Both the position numbers and the translations under genes were made by a program. DNA of 55,117 bases, filler included, from Jimgerdemannia flammicorona (taxonomy: Eukaryota), in assembly GCA_003990765.1 (NCBI GenBank). It is 2 parts of 2 records of this genome, joined end to end, with 100 filler letters (N's around TTAATTAATTAA, not from the genome) between each part and the next. Parts side by side here need not be neighbours in the genome. Positions count along the whole stretch, not along the records: positions 27,619 to 55,117 come from RBNJ01000625.1; 1 more part is not named here. One strand, written 5' to 3'. Each line of letters begins with the position of its first letter. Position 1 is the stretch's first letter. The notes beneath the pieces were generated by a model, which saw nothing but the letters and a program-made list of their open reading frames with translations, was not told where the DNA came from and made no database searches. Below are positions 37,790 to 48,554 of this stretch, one piece after another.

Positions 37790-38205
37790 AAGTTATCAGA
37801 TTTAAAAAGCTTTACTATAAAGTAATTATTCCTACTAAGGCTTATCTAACAAATATAGGATATGATCTCTATAGTACTGTCTTATAGACAATACTACTAG
37901 GAAAATCTCAAGTAATAAGAACTGGCATAGCTGTACAAATACCTCAGAGTACTTATACTAGAATAGCAGAAAAAAGTAGACTAGTAAAAGATTATGACCT
38001 CTCAATAAAAGGAAGAGTCATTGATGAAGGATATTAGAATGAAATTAAAGTTATTCTAAAAAACCTTAGAAAGAATAATATACTGTTCTATTAGGACAAA
38101 AAGTAGTATAACTGATTATAGAAGTTATAAGAATAATCTTATAGTTCAAGAAGTCAAAATATTTCTACTCTTAGAAAGAGGAACTAAAGGATTTGGATTC
38201 TCAAG
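37790..38205 (+). pseudogene. Retroelement dUTPase (between NC and PR), Gypsy 3
   Basis: IGYDLYS...RTGIAVQIPQSTYTRIAEKSRL...IKGRVIDEGY*NEIKVIL...RGTKGFGFS. Confidence 0.8.
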
Positions 38206-38685
38206 ACTGCTTCAAAATACTGAAGAGAAGTCCAAGATAGCAGCTACTATTTAAGAAACAAAATCTACTAAAGAAGAAAAATGGTACTCTCAACTAGAAG
38301 ATGAGTATGCTATGTAGAAGATATCCTCATGATATATAGATAGATTGTGCAGAAATGCTCAATGACTGTTACTCATATCTAAGTGAACTTAGCCAAAGAA
38401 GAGCTACTAAGCTAGCTAACATTCAGACTGAGGAAAAGAAATAAAATCTGATACAAGAAGTTGTTTCTACAATCAATAATGAAGAACTTATTGAAATATC
38501 AGCTCAAGTTAAAGAATAAGATATAAAGATTCTCTTTGATATAGAAGCCTTTAGAAATTTTATTAACCAGAACTTAGTAAAATAGACTAAAATTCTTACT
38601 ATATCTAGAGATAAAAGAATAGTATAATTTGCAAATAGTAAAACTCAGATATTATCTCAGATTACTAAAGGCTTAATACTATATG

Positions 38686-40030
38686 ACCATTTGTGACACC
38701 TTTCTCCTGTATAATTCACATTACACAAACTTCAAGCAATAGTTTTCAATATAACTCAGAGAAAAGGTATTATAAAAATGTCATCAAGCAAGAGTTCTGA
38801 TGGGCATGCTAGGTCTGGTGGACCTGGAGCTTTTGGCTGGCAGTATGTGGAGAGAGGATATGAATTGGAGATGGGGGCTTTTGGAGGATCAAAGGGTAGC
38901 AAAGGCTCTGAAGGAGGACTAGTGTCTGGTGGATCTGGGGGAAGACCTGGTCTCTTCAGCTTTGCTGACAAAGTGAAGACGAGTGGATGGCCTGCTAGAA
39001 CCAGGGCTGGCACTGCTGAGGGGAAGGGCAAGACTAGCATCAGGAGAGAGAGTGGCCCTCAGAAGGGAGATGGGAGTATAGAGGCTGGAGGGACTATAGC
39101 TGGGGGTGTGACTGTTGATGGGAGTGTGATGGGAGATTAGGAAAAAAAAAGAGATATGATGGCTGATGGTCAGGTGAGGCAGGGGGTCCCAATGCAAAAG
39201 GGGGACCTGATGGATGGTATAATAGAGCTGATAGTGGCCCCATTGCTCAAGAAATAAATCTCAGAGTTTGTAGCTACCCTGTGCTTTCAAGGCTTGATAG
39301 TGATAGTGAGGATGGTCCTGGGACTGATTTCAAAGCAGGTGGCTGGGGCAGTCTTAGTGAAGTTCCTGAAGGGTCTGGAGGGGGTTGAGGTGGGCTTTGA
39401 GGAGGCAGGCCCACTGGATGAGACCCTGAAGACTGGAGTAGTGATTGGGGAAGTGGTGGTCTCCATGGTACAGTACTTGAGGTGGGACCCCAGGGTAGTG
39501 CAGCTTCTGGTGAGGGGGGTGCTGACAGTGATGAAGGAGAAGACTAGGAGGAGGGTGGAGGAGGTGATGGTAGAGTATAGTGACATAGTAGACATTGGCT
39601 TCCAGATGTAGGAGGGGACCACATTCAGGACAGGTGATGTTGATATCAGGATTTAGCTGGTAGGGAAGGAGGCTACAGAGAAGGCGAGTGACTGGCCCTT
39701 GGTGCTAATGTGGGGGGCTTTTGTCTGTAAGGTATCAAGGGTAAAAGGGAGTGAAAAGGAGGAGAAGGACTTGTTGGAGGCTCTGGAGGAGTTGAGTGGT
39801 ACAGTTGAGAGGAGGGTGAAGGTCTGGAGAGTGTTTGAGGAGTCAATACATCTGGAGATTGTGGATGGGAAGTGTATTTGCACTGATAAGAGGCAGTGGG
39901 AGTAGGCCCAGGGGTGCAGGAGGCAGAGAGAGTTATTGGCAAGTATGAAAGAAGGAGTAATAAAGAAGATAGATAGGGCTGAGGTGTCTGGGGGTACCAA
40001 AGCCAGTGTCTGGGCTAGTAAAGGAGAAGA
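38686..40030 (+). mobile_element. 5' fragment (UTR + ORF1 N-part) of an L1-clade LINE inserted after the Gypsy 3 protease
   Basis: GAFGWQYV, SFADKVK, VKFLKGLEGVEVGFEE and EEKDLLEALE are homologous to ORF1 of the LINE at 41404. Confidence 0.8.
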
Positions 40031-40255
40031 AAAGATGGAGGCAAACAAGAAAGGAGCTGGGAAGGTACTGAGCAAGGACCCCTATGCAGATGGCATGTTT
40101 GAAGTCTGGAAGCAGAATTTGGATACCACCTCCCCCCCTCTTACCAGGAGGGATCTGGCTGTAAAGAGAGGGGCAACAGAGGATGTACTGATACAGGGGG
40201 CCCAGCAAGTGCACTTTGGGGTCCCCAATGTGGTGAAAGGGGGCCAGGTAGTAGT
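40030..40255 (-). mobile_element. Short inverted LINE ORF2 fragment (post-RT region)
   Basis: YYLAPFH...QIPPGKRGGGGIQILLPDF resembles the LP..RGGLGL.DF segment of L1 ORF2. Confidence 0.45.
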
Positions 40256-40349
40256 GCTTATTTATAGTATTACTCAAAAAGAGTACCTCTAACACTTAAG
40301 AGAAGTCTTTACTATACTGAGAAAAAATCAATTATATATAAATAATATT

Positions 40350-41403
40350 AAGGACTTCTGTTATTCCTATAATCTATGTCAAAGAAATAAGACAAGAAAT
40401 CAAGTACCTCTAGGACTTCTTCAATCTTTATTAATATCTACTAGAATTAAGATTAGATTGCCTTAGACTTTATAGTAAGATTATCCAAAACTAGTTAAGG
40501 AAAGAATGCTATAGTACATAGTATTCATAGATAGACTTAGCAAATAAGTATGCTTTGAATCTAATACTACTACTATCACTGCTCTAGAAATAGCAAAGAT
40601 TTTTCTGTATACCATTTTTAAACTATATAAACTACCCTCAGTAATAGTCTCAGATAGAGACTCTAAGTTTATAAGTACTTTCTAGAAAGCATTCTTTGGA
40701 ATAATAAATATTAAGTTATTATTCTCTACTTTCTATTATCTACAAACTGATGGTCAGACAGAAAGAACTAATAGAACTCTTAAACAAATGTTGAGAATAT
40801 TCTATGATTACAAATGAGATAACTGGGACCAATATCTCTCATTGGCAGAATTTACCTATAATAATACCAAATAGTTATCTACTCAAATGATATCTTTCTT
40901 TATAAATACTGGTCAATATTCACAAACTCTGGTAACTATAGAAAAATCTATAATATCTGCAGCAGAAGACCTTACAGTAACTATTGAAAATATCATACAG
41001 TTAGTATAAAAAGAATTACAAAAGGCAGAAGCAATAAGTCATATATATTAACTAATATAGAAGAAAAGTTTACTTTGAAGTAGAAGACTTAGTTCTCTTA
41101 GAAGTCTTTAATATAACTGTAGAAAATCAGACTGAGCATTCTAAATAAAGCTTATTTCCAAAATATATTAGACCCTACTCAGTTAAAAAAATAATATCTA
41201 ATATATCATATCAATTAGAACTCTCTCAAGATATGAAGATATATAATATATTTCATGTCTCACTACTCAAGCAGTATACTTTAAATAAAATTCCTAATTA
41301 GGAAATACTCCCACTATCACTAGTAATAATTAAAGAATAACCAGAATATACTGTGGAACAAATTTTAGACTGCTAAGTTATAAAAAGAGGAAAAGAAATC
41401 TTT
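40350..41403 (+). pseudogene. Gypsy 3 integrase + first half of chromodomain
   Basis: LCQRNK, LDFIVRL, IDRLSK, IVSDRDSKF, QTDGQTERTNRTL, YIRPY, IYNIFHVSLLK, EYTVEQILD. Confidence 0.85.
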
Positions 41404-41483
41404 CGATGGCACAACCCTTTCACCAGTAACATTTGGGTGACACAAGACTCAGACAACACTTTTTACAACGTTTTTGGTGTCTG

Positions 41484-43412
41484 ATGACTAACAACATGGA
41501 CGGCATCGATCGATCTGGTGAGCATACTGGCCAGGGGGGTGATGGCGCCTTTGGCTGGCAGCAGGTGGGGAGGAGGGGAGATGGTTTGGGGATGCCAGGG
41601 GCCTCGATGGCTAGCCGAGGCCCCAGTGGTGGAGGAAGGAGAGGTCTGAGGCAGAGAGGAGGGGAGAGGTCGACCTTTGCTGATAAGGTCAGAATGGGAA
41701 AGATGACTTCTGGGCTGGATAGTTGGCTGGGCCTGGGGAAGGCATCGATGACTACTGCTGGGGGTCAGGGAGGTGCTCCCCAGGGTGCTTCGGGTGGTAG
41801 GGAAGGGGCCGGAGTAGGGGCTGGAGATGTGACTGTTGATGGGGCTGTGACTGGGGATCTGGCAAAAAATCCAGATGTGATGGTGGTTGGCAATTCGGGA
41901 CTTGGAGTGGGCATAAGGCCTGGGGACCTGGCAGATGGGGTGATAGGCATAGTGTCGGCCCTGTTACTCAAGAAGTCGAGGTCCGAATTCATGATCATGA
42001 TGTGCTTCTGGGGCTTAGCAGTGATGGTGAGGATGATTTTGGGGCTGGTGGTGCAGGAGGCTAAGGGTGCAGCGTCAGTGAAGTTCTTGAGGGGAAAGGA
42101 AGGGGTTGAGGTAGGGTTTGAGGAGGAAGATGCCTTGTTGGCAGCCATAGAGAAGGGGGTGTTGGTTGGTGGAGTTGTGGTCCCTATGGTCCGGTGTATG
42201 CGCTAGGACCCCCGGGTGGTACAGTTGACAGTGTTGGACCTTCCTACGGTGTCGAAGGAAAGGACCAGAGAGTTGGTTATGGAGGTGATCAAGGAGTATG
42301 GCAAGATTATGGATGTTGGGTTCAAGGTCTGGGAGGGCATGGAGCTTAGAACTGGAGATGTTGATGTCAGGGTGAGGCTGGCTGGAAAGGAGAATATGAG
42401 AAAGTCGAGAGACTGGCCAGCAATGCTGAGGTGGGGACCAGTGGAGTGTAAGGTCACTAGGGTAAAGGGGATGCAGGAGGAGGAGGAGGACCTGTTGGAG
42501 GCTCTGGAGGACCTGGAAGGGGTAGTTGCGAGGAGGAGATTAGCCTGGAAGGAGTTTGAGGCCAGGACAGTGGTGGGGGAGGTGGATGGGAAGAGGGTTC
42601 AGATAGAGAAGGGGGCCTGGGAGAAGATGCAGGGGAGGAGAATTCAGAAGATGTTGTTGGTGAAGTTGGGTGGGGGTAGGGCTGGTGGAAGCTCTGGGGA
42701 GGGGGCTGCAGGGTTGCAGGAGAGCGCCTGGGCTGAAGGGGGAGAGATGGCTCAGGGCGGAGCTCAGATTAGAGTCGGGGAGGGAAGGGAGGATAACTTG
42801 GAGGTGGATGCCGAAATGGGTGAAGGTGGGCGCCCTCAGTATAGTGTTCCAAATGGGGCGGGAGGTGAGGAGGAGCTGATGGATGTGCCAGATGAGGAGT
42901 GGGATGAGTCAGTGAGGAGGAGCATGCTGGTGGACCCCGAGGTGGATGGGGGACAAATTGCTCAGGGGGCGGCAGAGGCGGTAGATGAGGAGAAGTGGAT
43001 GTGGAAGACCCTGGAAGGGGTAGCAGCTGAAGAGCTGGGGGGTGAGGACTTCAGGGTGATGGAGGAGAGGCATTGGGAGGAGATTCTACGTGGGGAAGAG
43101 GTGCCGAGAAAGATGAGGAATGAGATCCTGGCTGTCCTCCTGGAGTCTGTTGAGTATCAGATTGATGATCAGCGAGAGGAGGAGCTTAGAAGGATTGCAA
43201 GTGATAGGGTACTTGTCTTGTGGAACTCGAGAAAGGGACTAGAGAAGTGGCGTGCAGTCTGCTTGGATTACAGGGCGAATATGGAGGAGGTGGACAGGGT
43301 GGAGTGTCAGGAAATCTTGGGGGCACTGGATGCTCGGGATATTGTGGAGGGTGAATTGGAAGCTGAGCGGCTCTTGGACTTGGCAAGGGATGAGATGAGC
43401 ATGGAATTATAG
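41484..43412 (+). pseudogene. LINE ORF1 (Gly-rich N-term, RRM-like middle, acidic C-term), one internal stop at 42204
   Basis: ORFs 41433-42206 and 42216-43412 are in frame. The paralog at 39294 has Trp (RWDP) at the stop. Confidence 0.8.
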
Positions 43413-43443
43413 GTTGGGGTCTCTTCTACAATGTCTATTCAAT

Positions 43444-46400
43444 ATGAACAGTACAACTAGGATATTCTCATTGAACGTTAATGGGTTACAGGGGGCGGCT
43501 AGGAGGAAGTACATCTTTGGTTGGCTTCGGGGTCTGGATGCGGACCTCTTCTTGTTACAGGATGTTTGGTATGATGCAGATGTGGATTTACAGGATTGGA
43601 CTAAGGAATGGGGGGGTACAGCAGTTTGGAGGGGGAAAGTGGGTATTCTTGTTCGGAAAGGGATGGGGGACATTGGGGACATTGGACATTAGGGGTCATG
43701 GGTGGTGTGGAGAGTGTGGAAGAGGCCTGGATGGGGCTCGCTGACAGTTGGGTCTTGTTACTGCCTGGCTGAGAGAGGGGAGAGAGTGGATTGGATTCGC
43801 AGATTGAAAGAGGCTGGTTTATTGGGAGAAGTTGGGTTTGACTGTATGGGGGGGGACTTCAACATGGTACGGGATAAGGAGTTGGACAGAACTGATAGAG
43901 GGAGAGGTATGCGAGGTGAAAGTGGTGGGTTGGCAGACTGGTTGGAGATGGAGAGGTTGTGTTCTTTAGTAGACTCAGGGAGACATTTCTGAGCTGATCA
44001 GCAGATGTATACCCATTGGGCAGCAGGACTGGGCTCTAGAATTGACTGGGTTCTAACAGCAGAGTATTGGAGAGCAGATGTCTGGACAGTGCTGGGAGTC
44101 ATATGGTGTCCATGATCTGATCACTGGGGGTTGCTTGGAGGGGGGAGGTTTGGGGGAAATGAGGATGGGTCCAGACATTGGCAGCTAAATTCTTCCTTAT
44201 TGGCGGATAGAGCATTGTGGGAGGGTTGGGAAACAGAGGTGGTTGGAGATATCAGCAGGTGGCGGGATCGAGGACTGGCAATTGGGGACCGCTGGAGAAG
44301 GTTGAAGGTGAAGGCTCAGGGGTATTAGAGGGAAGCAGGGAAAGGAAAGAGTGCTCAGAGAAGGCGGCGGGTGATGTGGGCCTCGCGGCATTTGGCAGCA
44401 CTCATGGAGAGATGGGCGGGTGTGCTGGAGGATAGGGCCGAGGCTGATTGGTGTATTGCGAGAATCCGGCAGGAGGTAGAGGAGCTCAAAGGGGTGCTAC
44501 AGAGGGAGGAAGAGGAGCTGCTGCAGGGGATGGTGACCCGCTTGCGATGGCAGGGGCTTGAGGAAGGGGAGAGACCTACCAGGTTCTTGTCGCAGTTGCT
44601 ATAAGCATGACGAACGAGATAGCGGTGGGAGAGAGTTTTGGATGAGAATGGCGAGCTAGTGGTGGGGACCCCAGTGATTTTGGGTCTATTGCGATCTCAG
44701 TGGGGGAACCTGTGGAGTGAGGATGAAGGGAGACTGGATGCTCTGGACATTGAAAGGCAGCTGGAGGATTGGCACCCAGACTCTGCCATGGGACTTGTGG
44801 CATTGGGGGACCTGGTGAGCGGCAAGGAGATTTGCAAGGTGGTGGCCTCTATGAGTAAAGGGACAGCCCTGGGAGAGGATGGTCTCCCCTGGGATTCTTG
44901 GCAGAAGATGACAGGGGTGCATGAGGTGCTAGAGGAAATGATGGCTATGTGTGATGAAGTTCTTCGGTCTGGTGCCTGGATTGGGGGACAGTGCTTGGGG
45001 CTGGTCTCCTTGCTATTTAAGAACAAGGGCAGGAGGGAGGATTGGAAGAACTGGTGGCCAATCATGCTTCTGGACATGGACTGCAAACTGGTGATGAAGA
45101 TCTTGGTGTTACAGTTGCAAGGGATCACTCAGCAAGTGCTTGGTTTGGAGCAATGTGGGTTTGTCGGTGGTCAGTTAATTCGCGATGGAATGGCCTGGGT
45201 TCATGGAGTAATTGAAGGTGCCCAGGCTACAGGGGTGGATGGCAGATTGGTATTTCTGGACCAGGAGAAGGCTTATGATAGAGTGCGGAGAATATGGCTG
45301 GAGGGAGTGCTGAAGCGGATTGGTATCCCCCTGGGGTTCCGAGGTTTATTGATCAGCCTCTTGGAGGACAGTCAGGTGGCATTGATCATCAATGGCCACC
45401 GGGGGGTGACCTTCCCCCTGGGCCATGGGGTGCCACAAGGGGACCCCTTATCACCCATATTGTATGCCCTTTCCCTGGAGCCACTACTGGACAGGATTCA
45501 GCATAAGATTGGAGGTTTGGATATTTTAGGAGTGAACTGGAAGGTGGGGGCCTTTGCCGATGATATGGTGGTCAGACTGGGTTCCTTGGGGGATGTTGGA
45601 GAGTTGCAGAGGATGGTGGAATGGTATGAGTGGGGTTCTGGTGCTAAACTGAACTGGCACAAATGCGAGATGCTGGTGCTGGGTGCTGGAATTGTTAGTG
45701 GTGATGTTATTGGAACGGTGGTCCCAGCTGGTGAACCAGTGCGCTACTTGGGGATCTACTTCTCGGTGTTCGGATCTCTTCTTCCCCGGGCATGGTGGGG
45801 CTGTAAACTGCTAGAGTGGGGCGATGTCTTGATGTGATGGGGAGGCCAGCATATGTCCCTTGCCAGAAGGGTGATGGTGTTGAATGTGTACTGGATGCCG
45901 AAGCTGTGGTATGTTGGATATCATTTAGATTTCCCACCATGGGTGGTTAAGGGGTTGTTGAAGATGGCGAGGTCATGGATTTGGGGAGGGCGGCGGAGCC
46001 AGGTTGGTTGGAAGGTGCTCACACTGCCCTTGGAAAGAGGTGGGCTGGGCTTAGTGGACTTTACTAAGCAGCTTTTATGTCTGAGGGCCTGGTGGCTAAG
46101 GAGAGTGAGTGAGCTTAGAGGTTGGGAGTGGGTGCCACTCATGCAGAGGTTGTGGGAGGTTTGATACTCCCCACGTGGTGGCTCCGGTGACCTGCTTGCA
46201 ATGGTGGCCATGGAAGGGAGCTGGAGGATGCGGTTTACAGGCTTTTGGTGGGGAGCAGTGGATGGTGCTAAGAAAATCGGCCTTTGGTGGCGAGGTGATG
46301 AGGCCAAGAAAGTTTGGGGACTGCAGATGTGGAGATGGGACAGGCTTCTATTGGGTGGTGTTCTGGTGGAGGACTTTCAGCTTGGCGAGGGTCTGGAGTA

Positions 46401-47106
46401 CCTGTGAGGCCTAGGTGGTGACCTGTGGCCTGAAGCCTGGCAGAGGGTTGGAATCAGGGAAGAGTGGAATTGGAATGAGCTCTGGCTTTGGAGCAAATGG
46501 GTGAGGCAGTAGCTGCCCCCCAAGTTCTGATTGGTGTAGTGGTGGATCCTACAGCAGAATGTGATGCTGAACTATCAGTCTGGTCACTTGGTGGATGGTG
46601 GGGTATTCGAGTGCAAGGATTGTTTCAATGTTGGTCAGGAGGGAGGAGTGGTACAAATGCCTGAACATTGGCTTAGCAAGTGTGAGGTTTTGGGGGAGTT
46701 CTGGAGATATATAATGGACAGGTTAGGGTTGGAACCTGGGGGAGGGGAGGGAGGGGGGAGATGGGGAGAGCTTCGCCGGCGATTAGTGGGTGGGGTCGGA
46801 GATGAATGGCTGACCCTTGGCTGGACCTTGGCTATGTGGGTTGGGTTGGCAGGGCATTGGGTGCATGTATTTGAGAACAGGCATCAGGTTGGGGTTGGTG
46901 AAAAGGTGGCATAGTGGGAATGGTTGCTGTTGGACATTTTGAATAGCTGGTGGTGGGGTTGGGGTATGGGTGGGGGGTACCACAGGGATTTGGTACAGTA
47001 TATCTCCCAGAAGAGTGGTGGGAGGGTTCAGGTAGTGGGTGATTGAGTGGTGCTCGGGTAGGGAGAGGTTGAGGGAGGGGGGTTGGGCCCCCGGGGCATT
47101 GGTTGA
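43444..47106 (+). pseudogene. LINE ORF2: APE endonuclease + RT + C-terminal zinc finger, several stops
   Basis: SLNVNGL, LLQD, GGDFN, SRIDWVL, SDH; GEDGLP, PIMLL, QCGFV, LDQEKAYDRV, GVPQGDPLSP, FADD, SGAKLN, YLGI, GGLGLVDF; CKDC...EHWLSKC. Confidence 0.92.
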
Positions 47107-47172
47107 GGGAGTGGGTGACATTATATTGTTAACACTATAGACTTCAGTAATAAAGGGCAGTCCAAGAGACTA

Positions 47173-47203
<31 letters not shown>

Positions 47204-47205
47204 AG

Positions 47206-47257
<52 letters not shown>

Positions 47258-47270
47258 AAAAGAAATCTTT

Positions 47271-47381
47271 TTAGAATACTTAGTAAAATAAGAAGACTAC
47301 TCTTTACATGACTCTACTTGGGAACCAGAAAGAAACCTCACTAATACTAAAGAAAAGATCTTAGAATATTTGGTACAATAA
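47271..47381 (+). pseudogene. Second half of Gypsy 3 chromodomain
   Basis: LEYLVK*EDYSLHDSTWEPERNL continues EYTVEQILD...GKEIF across the LINE TSD. Confidence 0.85.
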
Positions 47382-48220
47382 AAAAGAAAACTGCAATCTT
47401 GCTGGCATATCACTCATATCTCCTAGTCTAAGGAGAATAAATAGATATAACAAATTCAGGTAATATAGACTAAAGAATATATATATGTAATATGCTGAAT
47501 TTGGGGAAGTTGAATCTCCAACTCATAGTTCTGAGATTAACCTACTATCTACTATATTATAAGATACTAATTGCTAGAATAAAATAAGTAAATATAGAAA
47601 AAGGTTACAAGAAAATTTTTATGAGCCAAGACTAGTAATCTAAAAGAATTGACCATAAGAATGATAATAAAGACAGAGACAAAAGAAGTACAACTCTCTA
47701 TACTATTAATGACTCCTATATTCAGGAGTCTAGACAAAGTGTTCAGATTCTGATACAGCCTATCAGGTGACTAACCTAGTATAGATTAGTACTTATTAAT
47801 GTGGCCTAAAACAATAGCTAGCTCTAACTTCAACTTATATCTAGTTTATATCTAATAATATAGTAAGATAAGATCAGAAATTTCTGGGATATCAAAATAC
47901 ACCTAGCATGTAGCATAGTAAATCTTTACTAGAAGGACTCAGAATGGGTCAAACCTCTAGTCTGTAGACCAAAAGTCCAATACCTTAACAGAGTGACTAA
48001 TATCTTATAAAAGATTAAGAAAAATTTGAAAAATTAGCTTAAGAATCAAATTAAGACTTCTTAATTATATAGTAAAGCTGAGTTTCAAAACTCTGAGAAT
48101 ACTCTACAAGAACCTCAAAAGAGAAAGAGATAAAAAATTATTATATCAAGAATATTTTATTTATAAGAAAAATCCTATAAAATTATTTAATAAGGATATT
48201 AAATCTTAAAGAAGAGATAA

Positions 48221-48554
48221 TGTAATGAAATTATATTTCAATATCATAAAAGGTAATATCATCAGGCTGACATCATTGGATTTATATTACCAGCAAGATA
48301 TATGCTAGAAAAACTAAGAATATTAGTGAGATTATAATGATTTTATACTAATTTCAGCTTTCTTCAACCAGTAATATCATAGTAGTCACACTAGTCTTTA
48401 TACTAATTTAGTGTGTATTCACATTGATATCACTATATACATGCTTCAGAAATAGACTAAAGATGTTAAAAATAGTATGAGACTAAATTAGTCTTCAGCC
48501 ATATTGATGTTATAAACTAAAATAGTCTATAATATTATAGAAACTAAAGTATAT
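48221..48554 (+). repeat. Truncated 3' LTR of Gypsy 3
   Basis: TGTAATG start after a purine tract; similarity to the 5' LTR ends at ~48554. Confidence 0.8.

Larger units (their letters stand above)
41404..47254 (+). mobile_element. Full-length L1-clade LINE with poly(A) and 16-bp TSD, inserted in the chromodomain
   Basis: TSD AGGAAAAGAAATCTTT at 41388-41403 and 47255-47270; AATAAA ~47149; poly(A) ~47174-47254. Confidence 0.93.
28227..48554 (+). mobile_element. Ty3/Gypsy chromovirus 3, heavily mutated, hosting a hAT and LINE insertions
   Basis: 5' LTR 28227-35757 (split by hAT) matches 3' LTR 48221-48554. PBS 35760; knuckle ~37670-37720; dUTPase; PR; RT remnant ~40255-40340; integrase SDRDSKF/QTDGQTERTN; FHVSLLK; split chromodomain; purine tract before 48221. 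Confidence 0.85.
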
